Position numbers and translations under genes: made by a program | Notes under the pieces: model-generated | Told to the model about the DNA's origin: nothing | What the model saw: only the letters and a program-made list of their open reading frames with translations | Database searches by the model: none | Assembly (NCBI GenBank): GCA_965231035.1 | Contig: OZ246409.1 | Location: 121,101 to 153,100, forward strand | From: an uncultured Muribaculaceae bacterium | GTDB taxonomy: Bacteria; Pseudomonadota; Alphaproteobacteria; Rs-D84 | Reading direction: 5' to 3' | DNA: 32,000 nucleotides | Shown: one piece after another, positions 24,301 through 30,395 of the stretch | Numbering within the stretch: the first letter of the stretch is position 1 | How the letters are laid out: each line of letters opens with the position of its first letter

Positions 24301-24719
24301 TGTGCACCAGATAAACAAATTAAACCTTCATTATATTTTTCCAGTTCTTCAAAATTAATATGTGCACCCAAATGAAGGTTGTCTTCACGCATGTACATTA
24401 TTCGGCTGAATTCACACAGATTCAAATAACCCGTATGATTCTGGGCCAATAAAACTATTTTAGATAAAGAACTTTCTCGAAGAATTTTTGGATCAGCAGT
24501 ATGATGATTCAAAGATATTTCAATTCCAATAATTGGTTGAACTTTATTCTTTGGCATTACATCAGAAAACTCTGCTGTGCCAGACATCAAATTTGTGTCA
24601 GTCAACGCACAGGCGGTCATTTCTTTTTTTATGCAAAGGGCGGGGATGTCGTTTATCTTCAGCGTACCGCTTCCGATAGAAAATCTAGAATGTGTACGAA
24701 GATGAACGAATCCCGGCAT
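21312..24719 (-). CDS. dnaE: DNA polymerase III subunit alpha
   Basis: The 1135-aa ORF has an N-terminal PHP domain (FVHLRTHSRFS). It also contains GRGSGAGSIVAWSLGIT, DFDIDF and FNKSHAIAYS motifs. Confidence 0.97.
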   Translation of the reverse strand: MPGFVHLRTHSRFSIGSGTLKINDIPALCIKKEMTACALTDTNLMSGTAEFSDVMPKNKVQPIIGIEISLNHHTADPKILRESSLSKIVLLAQNHTGYLNLCEFSRIMYMREDNLHLGAHINFEELEKYNEGLICLSGAHTGPLGMAILNDQNDSAKSYASKLLKIFGNRFYIEIQRHGLGAEIKTEPVFLAIAQKLNIPIVATNDVCFANPENYEAEDAMSCVLSQTKVIDPERSRKSSEQYFKSIEEMSDLFSDLPEAIENTNKIAQRCAFMVNVREKPLLPKFADNFEQECKLLRDGTMTGLAKCLEQAGVTDTKPYYDQAEFELQTIINMGFPGYFLIVADYIEWCRHNDILVGPGRGSGAGSIVAWSLGITSVDPLKYGLLFERFLNPDRISMPDFDIDFEPVGQERVINYVRQKYGNDSVCRIITFGSLQARGAIRDIGRVYGIPYSKSDRLSKLIPNDAKTLKAAVDDSYEIQDVIQTDSDMKKVVDVATELEGSLRNLGQHACGVVIGDRPTTCIAPVYRDPGNAVPSSQFDGHYLEATGLIKFDFLGLETLSILKYTINLIRQTRGININLNKIPTDDPKTMKLWQSGLTEGIFQFDAQFIQQTLRKMKPTNFLEISALNALNRPGPIAFIPQFIARMHGDEKVEYVHPKAEPVLKETYGIIVYQEQVMQLTRVLAGFTRGESDNVRKAMGKKIAKMMDELEVKFLDGCAREKTLDAPTAKNLWEKFKEFAKYAFNKSHAIAYSVIANQCAYLKANYPAEFLAASMSSNLNDTDQLAVFFEDARANFKIPIIAPDINESESLFTVRDGKIIYGLAALKGVGAAATDLIIAERNRHGKFKNLTDFAKRCAGIMNKRILESFARVGVLDSLEPNRAKVFMNADTILSYASKSKEFSNSLSLFANTIEDDVSENRLLKNLSKTPAWSFGEKLANELSALGFYISAHPLDQYKNIISRAKLATSNTIEKLGDKKPVQIAANVNSYSRRRTKTGKDMITINASDSFGNIDAVAFGDSAFEFAQILSKESVVLISGKTSNRDTQVSVFVDNIIPLTAWVAKIAKKMTLEIKDQSTLTDVKKILDSLPRGNTKVELNIYTGDKVATLSLPKMVELSTTTATDLSGFGIKVEIE

Positions 24720-24748
24720 TTTTATCCTGTATAAAAATTTTTAAGGTA

Positions 24749-27355
24749 TTATTTTAATTTTCCGCAACAATGTTTATATTTCAAACCAGAACCACAAGGG
24801 CACAAACCATTGCGACGTTCAGCAGCAGCATTCAGCTCGGTATCATGCTTAGTTTGTTCTTTTGCTGTTTCTTTGACATCTTCTGCGGTCAATTCCATTC
24901 TGCAAATATAAGAAACCGACATTATTTTGAAATTATTTATTGTATTTCTAAACAGTTCCAAAGCTTCCTTTTTATATTCATACAGTGGGTTTTTCTGTGC
25001 ATAACCACGCAATCCAATTCCAGTTTGCAAATAATCCATTTGCTGTAAATGACGTTTCCAAACTGAATCCAAAGCCCCCAACATCATTTGACGTTGTGCA
25101 GTTTGCATTATTTCAGGATTGTATCTATTATTCTGATATTCATAACGATTTTTTGCCAGCTTTAATAATGTTTCATAAGCTTTTTGTTCCGTTATTTCTT
25201 CGTCTTTTTTCCATTGTTCAATATCAGTTATATCCAAAGCAAATGTTCTTATCATTGCATCATGAATTCCATTTGTATTCCAATCCATAGGATGAGTTTT
25301 TTCTGGAATATTATTTTCGCAAATCATTTCGATTACATCTGCTATAATTTCTGAAACCAAAGGATTCAAATCTTTGGATGTCATTAATTCATCACGTTGT
25401 TTATAAACAACATTACGTTGTTCATTCATAACGTCATCGTACTTTAATAATTCTTTACGTGATTCAAAATAACGTGCTTCGACGCGTTTCTGTGCCTTTT
25501 CCAAAGCCTTGGTAATCCAAGGATGCATAATTGCTTCACCAGATTTTAATCCCAAACTGGTCAGCATTCCATCCAAACGTGAGGCACCAAAAATGCGCAT
25601 TAAATCATCATCCAGTGAAAGGAAGAATTTGGAATCTCCTGGATCACCTTGGCGTCCAGAACGACCACGCAGTTGGTTATCAATACGTCTGGATTCATGG
25701 CGTTCTGTTCCAATTACATACAAACCACCTGCATCCAAAACCAATTTTTTATTTTTTTCTACTTGGTCATAAATTTCTTTCTTTTTGTGTTCAAAATCTG
25801 GCGCTGTGGAATCTAATTTTTCAATCAGTTCTTCGGCATTACCACCCAGTTTAATATCAGTTCCACGACCCGCCATATTTGTTGCAATTGTAACAGCACC
25901 AGGTGCACCAGCTTGGGAAACAATGTGTGCTTCGGATTCGTGATGTTTAGCATTCAAAACTGCTGGTTCAATTTCTAATTCACGACGAACAATTTTTGCC
26001 AGTTCTTCAGATTTTTCAATAGATACGGTTCCAACCAACACAGGCTGTTTTCTGTCCATGCATTCTTTGATTTGCTTTACGATTGCTAAATATTTTTCGT
26101 TTTTGTTGCGGTAAATTTCATCCTGGTGATCAATTCTGACTACTTTACGATTTGTTGGAATTGATACAACGCGCAATTTGTAAATTTCTTCGAATTCCGC
26201 AGCTTCGGTCATAGCAGTTCCGGTCATACCCGCCAATTTAGGATACAAACGGAACAGGTTCTGATACGAAATGCTGGAAACAGTTTGATTTTCCGGCTGA
26301 ACACGGACATGTTCTTTGGCTTCGATTGCCTGGTGTAATCCTTTACCAAATCTGCGACCAGTCATAACACGACCTGTGAATTCATCAACAATTAAAATTT
26401 CACCATCGCGAACAACATAGTTTACATTTTTATAATATAAATGATGTGCCAATAACGATTGTTGAATATGCATAACCAAAGCAGCATTTTCAGAAGCATA
26501 TAAATTATCACCAACTAACAATCCGCCTTCTTTTAACATATGTGTGATTGTATCAACGCCAGATTCAGTCAAAGTTACATAACGGTCTTTTTCATCTTTT
26601 TTATAATCATTATCTGAAAGTTTTGCAACAACTGCATCTACTTTTTCATAAAGCTCGCTGGTATCTTCAGCAGGGCCAGAAATAATAAGTGGTGTGCGGG
26701 CTTCGTCAATCAAGATACTATCAACTTCGTCAACAATACCAAAGAACAGTGTGCGTAAAACCTGTTGTTCTTTACCAAATTTCATATTATCTCGCAGATA
26801 GTCAAATCCCAGTTCAGAATTTGTAACATATGTAATATCACAAGCATAAGCATCTCGGCGTTCATCATCAGACATATCGTGTTGAATAATTCCAACAGAA
26901 AGTCCCAAGAATTTATAAACTTTTCCCATCCATTCTGCGTCACGTGAAGCCAAATAATCATTCACAGTAATCAAATGTGCACCTTTGCCATGCAAAGCCT
27001 TTAAGTACAAAGCCAGCGTTGCAACCAATGTTTTACCTTCACCGGTTTTCATTTCTGCGATTTGACCACTGTTCAAAACCATACCACCGATCAACTGAAC
27101 ATCAAAATCACGCATCCCCAGCGAGCGAATTGAAGCCTCGCGGGCAACAGCAAAAACATCTGGCAAAATTTCTTTTTCCTTTTCACCATTTGCCAAGCGT
27201 TCTTTGAAAATTCTTGTCTGGTCACGCAATTCTTCATCCGACATTGCATGATATTTAGGTTCCAAATCATTTATCAAAGATACTGTTTTATCGTAAGATT
27301 TTACAATTCTATCATTGGCGGATCCCATAATTTTCCGCAAAATAACTTTCAACAT
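24749..27355 (-). CDS. secA: Preprotein translocase ATPase SecA
   Basis: The 868-aa ORF contains MKTGEGKTLVATL, VDEVDSILIDEARTPLIISG, TNMAGRGTDI and the C-terminal zinc motif CPCGSGLKYKHCCG. Confidence 0.97.
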   Translation of the reverse strand: MLKVILRKIMGSANDRIVKSYDKTVSLINDLEPKYHAMSDEELRDQTRIFKERLANGEKEKEILPDVFAVAREASIRSLGMRDFDVQLIGGMVLNSGQIAEMKTGEGKTLVATLALYLKALHGKGAHLITVNDYLASRDAEWMGKVYKFLGLSVGIIQHDMSDDERRDAYACDITYVTNSELGFDYLRDNMKFGKEQQVLRTLFFGIVDEVDSILIDEARTPLIISGPAEDTSELYEKVDAVVAKLSDNDYKKDEKDRYVTLTESGVDTITHMLKEGGLLVGDNLYASENAALVMHIQQSLLAHHLYYKNVNYVVRDGEILIVDEFTGRVMTGRRFGKGLHQAIEAKEHVRVQPENQTVSSISYQNLFRLYPKLAGMTGTAMTEAAEFEEIYKLRVVSIPTNRKVVRIDHQDEIYRNKNEKYLAIVKQIKECMDRKQPVLVGTVSIEKSEELAKIVRRELEIEPAVLNAKHHESEAHIVSQAGAPGAVTIATNMAGRGTDIKLGGNAEELIEKLDSTAPDFEHKKKEIYDQVEKNKKLVLDAGGLYVIGTERHESRRIDNQLRGRSGRQGDPGDSKFFLSLDDDLMRIFGASRLDGMLTSLGLKSGEAIMHPWITKALEKAQKRVEARYFESRKELLKYDDVMNEQRNVVYKQRDELMTSKDLNPLVSEIIADVIEMICENNIPEKTHPMDWNTNGIHDAMIRTFALDITDIEQWKKDEEITEQKAYETLLKLAKNRYEYQNNRYNPEIMQTAQRQMMLGALDSVWKRHLQQMDYLQTGIGLRGYAQKNPLYEYKKEALELFRNTINNFKIMSVSYICRMELTAEDVKETAKEQTKHDTELNAAAERRNGLCPCGSGLKYKHCCGKLK

Positions 27356-27380
27356 TTTTCTTCCTTATAATTACTTAGAT

Positions 27381-27409
27381 GGTATACCAATTTGACGGTG
27401 GAACGTCAA
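27381..27409 (-). promoter_or_regulatory. Candidate secA promoter
   Basis: On the minus strand there is TTGACG (27409-27404), a 17-nt spacer, and TATACC (27386-27381). The RBS AAGGAAG follows downstream. Confidence 0.5.
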
Positions 27410-27418
27410 GGCTCTTTA

Positions 27419-27427
27419 TGATATAAT
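27419..27427 (+). promoter_or_regulatory. Candidate extended -10 promoter (TGaTATAAT) for the 72-aa ORF
   Basis: It is the same nonamer as upstream of the PFK gene and lies about 69 nt upstream of the ATG at 27496. Confidence 0.4.
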
Positions 27428-27495
27428 ACGCAAGTCTTAACAAACAAGTGACTTCCATTAAAAATATACGATTTTTTATCATAAGGCTCTGAAAA

Positions 27496-27714
27496 ATGAA
27501 GGATACTATTAAAAAACTTTGTGCAAATGACATATCCAGCGAGGTTTTTGTTATTTCGCCAACCCAGATTGAATATATTGCCCAGATTTTTGGCGATTCT
27601 GTTGCTGATGCTATGAATATGAGAACCTTTTCTCAAAAAATACGGCAAATCGCAGAACAATCTTTGCGTAAAGCTTTAACATCTGCAAAAAAACAAGGAA
27701 GTTTTAAAAAATAA
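27496..27714 (+). CDS. Small hypothetical protein (72 aa)
   Basis: The ORF is divergent from secA and is followed directly by a hairpin terminator. I recognise no motif. Confidence 0.45.
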   Translation: MKDTIKKLCANDISSEVFVISPTQIEYIAQIFGDSVADAMNMRTFSQKIRQIAEQSLRKALTSAKKQGSFKK

Positions 27715-27730
27715 CCGCAAACGCGGTTAT
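27711..27730. terminator. Bidirectional hairpin terminator (72-aa ORF on +, Cys-repeat gene on -)
   Basis: The sequence ataaccgc-aaac-gcggttat is flanked by A5 and T4-5 runs. Confidence 0.75.
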
Positions 27731-27732
27731 TT

Positions 27733-30327
27733 TTACATACTGTCATCAACTATGGAATAATTTGTACCACCATAGTTTGCTTTTAATAACCCTTTGTTAT
27801 CTGTGGTCATATTTCCGTAATAAGTTGAACCGCTTAATTGTATAAACAATGAAGGACTGGTCTTTTTAACGCTGCGAAGATAAACTTTGCTGCCACTGAC
27901 ATTAAATACTTTTCCACAATCACCGACCTCGTCTGCACCAGCACCATAACCAATTGTAGTCAGACCAGAAGTGCAGGCTGTTCTGGTACTGGAATTATTT
28001 GCAGACCAATAACCTGATCCAACTTCTGTGCATTGACCACCTGAAATATAATACCCACCAGAACAACCATTGATTGAACATAAATTAGTAACCGTATTAT
28101 TTGTATTCCACGTCGCAGTTACCCAAGAAGTATCATAAACACCATCGTTTGAACAAGCTGTACCGCATGATGTCATTCCTGAACTGGCCGTGGTTGTTCC
28201 ATTCTGACACGCAATACAAGCCGAAGCACCAGTCGCACTGTACGAACCCACTACACATTCCGTACATGCAGTTGCACCAGAAGTTGAATATGTTCCACCC
28301 AGGCATTGGCTGATTGAACCAGTGCTGCCATAATTTATTAATGCAACTGGACAATATGATCCAGCAGTGCAGTTTGTCTGGGTTGATGAATTTGCTGTTG
28401 CAATATATTGTCCAGCGGTGGTTTGTATCTGACATTGTGTATTAGCAGTTTTTCCAGCATCTGTGTTCGCAGTATAAGAACCTGGGCAGGTGGTACAACT
28501 GGATGCACCAGACCCAGAATATGTAGCACCAGTACATTGAGTTATAGATCCAGTGCTGCCATATGTAATCAATGCGGCTGGACAATAAGAGCCAGCTGTA
28601 CAAGTTGTCTGTGTTGATGAATTTGCTGTTGCTATATACTGACCAGCAGTAGTTTGTAATGCACATTGATTCTGTGTCGACAAACCGGTTCCACCATTTA
28701 CATAATTTGTGGGGCATGATGTCCTGGTGCCGGTACTTCCATAGTTTATCAACGCAACTGGGCAATAATAAGTAGCAGGGCAGGTTGTTTGTGTTGATGA
28801 ATTTGCAGCCGCAATATAAGTTCCACCAGCTGTTTGTATCTGACATTGATTTTGTGCTGTTTTACCAGCTGTCGTATTTGCAGTATAAGATCCAGGACAA
28901 GTAGTACAACTGGATGCACCTGCACCAGAATAAGTCGCACCAGTACATTGCGTTATGGATCCTATGCTGCCGTAACCAACTAATGCGGCTGGGCAATACG
29001 ACCCAGCTGTGCATGCTGTCTGAGTTGTTGCATTCGCAGTTGCAATATATTGGCCAGCTGTGGTTTGAAATTTACAATCTGACTGAACTGTTAATCCTGT
29101 TCCGCCAGATCTATAACTGGCCGGGCATAAAGTTCTGGTTCCCGTACTTCCATAGTTTATTAATGCAGCTGGGCAATAATAAGTAGCAGTGCAGGTTGTT
29201 TGGGTTGATGAATTTGCTGTTGCTATATAAGTTCCACCAGCTGTTTGTATCTGACATTGATTTTGTGCTGTTTTACCAGCTGTCGTATTTGCCGTATAAG
29301 ATCCAGGGCAAGTAGTACAACTGGATGCCCCCGTACCAGACCATGTTGCCCCAGTACACTGTGTTATTGAACCAGTGCTGCCATAATTAATATATTCTGA
29401 AACACAATAACTACCGGCCGGACATGTTGTTGCCGTGGTATCATAAGCATTGGCAACATATTCCCCATCATATGTCCACATCTGGCATTGATCTTGCGAG
29501 GAAGCCCCCATATCACCATCTGTATAACCACTTGGACAAGATATTCTTGATCCTGTGCTGCCATAATTAATCAATGCCGCAGGGCAATAATACCCATAAC
29601 TGCAACTACTTTGTGTTGAAGAATTTGCGGTTGCAATATAACTGCCAGCGGTTGTTTGCAACTTACATTGGTTTTGTGCTGATAATCCAGTTCCACCATC
29701 ATCATAATTTGTTGGACAAGTATTTCTTGTTCCAGTACTTCCATAACTGATTAAAGCAGCTGGACAATAATATCCTGATGGACAAGTTGTCATACTGGTG
29801 TCATTTGCTGTTGCTATATAATTTCCAGCCGTAGCTTGTATTTGGCATTGTGTTATTGCAGTTTTTCCAGATGTTGTATTTGCCGTGTATCCATCAGGAC
29901 AATCAGTGCAACTGGATGCACCAGAAGCAGAATAAGTTGCACCTGTACATTGTGTTCTGTTGCCAGTGCTGCCATATGTAATTAATGCAGCCGTACAATA
30001 ATAACCAGCAGTACAAGTCGTTTTTATAGTAGAATAAGCAGTTGCAATATATGTACCATCTGTAGTTTGTATTGGGCACTGATTTCGTGCGGTTAATCCA
30101 GTATCACCAGATCTATAACCTGTTGGACACAATGTGCGTCCATAATTTACTGCGGGGTTATTTCTTGTAAAGCCAGTGCAATAATAGGTTGCAGTACATG
30201 TTGTGCAAGCTGAACCATTCCAATAAGTTCCAGCTGAACATGTTACTTTGGCGGCAAAAGCATCGTTTGCAAATGTGACTGCAAACACACAAAAAAAGAC
30301 CCGCAGAAAAATTCTGAGTTTTTTCAA
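27733..30327 (-). CDS. Exported cysteine-rich modular repeat protein (864 aa) with ephrin-receptor-like / GCC2-GCC3-like Cys spacing
   Basis: It has a TTG start (30327-30325) 5 nt after AAGGGGAG. The signal peptide is KKLRIFLRVFFCVFAVTFANDAFA. Nine modules of about 60 aa follow, four of them with a 17-aa prefix, and then a 190-aa C-terminal domain. I count about 60 Cys in the mature chain. Confidence 0.85.
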   Translation of the reverse strand: MKKLRIFLRVFFCVFAVTFANDAFAAKVTCSAGTYWNGSACTTCTATYYCTGFTRNNPAVNYGRTLCPTGYRSGDTGLTARNQCPIQTTDGTYIATAYSTIKTTCTAGYYCTAALITYGSTGNRTQCTGATYSASGASSCTDCPDGYTANTTSGKTAITQCQIQATAGNYIATANDTSMTTCPSGYYCPAALISYGSTGTRNTCPTNYDDGGTGLSAQNQCKLQTTAGSYIATANSSTQSSCSYGYYCPAALINYGSTGSRISCPSGYTDGDMGASSQDQCQMWTYDGEYVANAYDTTATTCPAGSYCVSEYINYGSTGSITQCTGATWSGTGASSCTTCPGSYTANTTAGKTAQNQCQIQTAGGTYIATANSSTQTTCTATYYCPAALINYGSTGTRTLCPASYRSGGTGLTVQSDCKFQTTAGQYIATANATTQTACTAGSYCPAALVGYGSIGSITQCTGATYSGAGASSCTTCPGSYTANTTAGKTAQNQCQIQTAGGTYIAAANSSTQTTCPATYYCPVALINYGSTGTRTSCPTNYVNGGTGLSTQNQCALQTTAGQYIATANSSTQTTCTAGSYCPAALITYGSTGSITQCTGATYSGSGASSCTTCPGSYTANTDAGKTANTQCQIQTTAGQYIATANSSTQTNCTAGSYCPVALINYGSTGSISQCLGGTYSTSGATACTECVVGSYSATGASACIACQNGTTTASSGMTSCGTACSNDGVYDTSWVTATWNTNNTVTNLCSINGCSGGYYISGGQCTEVGSGYWSANNSSTRTACTSGLTTIGYGAGADEVGDCGKVFNVSGSKVYLRSVKKTSPSLFIQLSGSTYYGNMTTDNKGLLKANYGGTNYSIVDDSM
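28306..30129 (-). repeat. In-frame tandem repeat array of alternating 60-aa and 77-aa modules, including a 411-bp super-repeat
   Basis: The module boundaries were derived by hand: aa 67-126, 127-203, 204-263, 264-323, 324-400, 401-460, 461-537, 538-597 and 598-674. DNA at 28814-28881 is identical to 29225-29292. Confidence 0.9.
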
Positions 30328-30347
30328 ATATACTCCCCTTGTTAAAC

Positions 30348-30377
30348 ATTCTAGAAAAAACTATGCAAAACTCGCAA
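30348..30377 (-). promoter_or_regulatory. Candidate promoter of the 864-aa repeat-protein gene
   Basis: On the minus strand there is TTGCGA (30377-30372), an 18-nt spacer, and TAGAAT (30353-30348). It lies in the 68-bp spacer between the two paralogs. Confidence 0.5.
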
Positions 30378-30395
30378 GGTAAAAATTTTAATTTT

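Noticed and set aside
21499-24734. Assorted 68-84-aa plus-strand ORFs within dnaE, and similar ones within secA (24770-27207)
   Set aside because: All are antisense to long, motif-rich essential genes, and none has an independent signal.
28101-29564. Many 60-134-aa ORFs in alternative frames and on the opposite strand within the repeat gene
   Set aside because: They repeat with the same period as the main frame and have implausible His/Trp/Cys-rich compositions. They are explained by the stop-poor Thr/Gly/Ala/Cys codon repeats of the 864-aa ORF.
28306-30129. Whether the regular repeats are a CRISPR array or a non-coding satellite
   Set aside because: The units are 180 and 231 bp (411-bp super-period). 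They are in frame within one long ORF that has a signal peptide. There are no short conserved repeats alternating with unique spacers.
30288-30327. A6 and T7 homopolymers in the first codons of the 864-aa gene as a slipped-strand phase-variation switch
   Set aside because: Tracts of 6-7 nt are common in this AT-rich sequence and are shorter than typical contingency-locus tracts. There is no supporting evidence in a single sequence.
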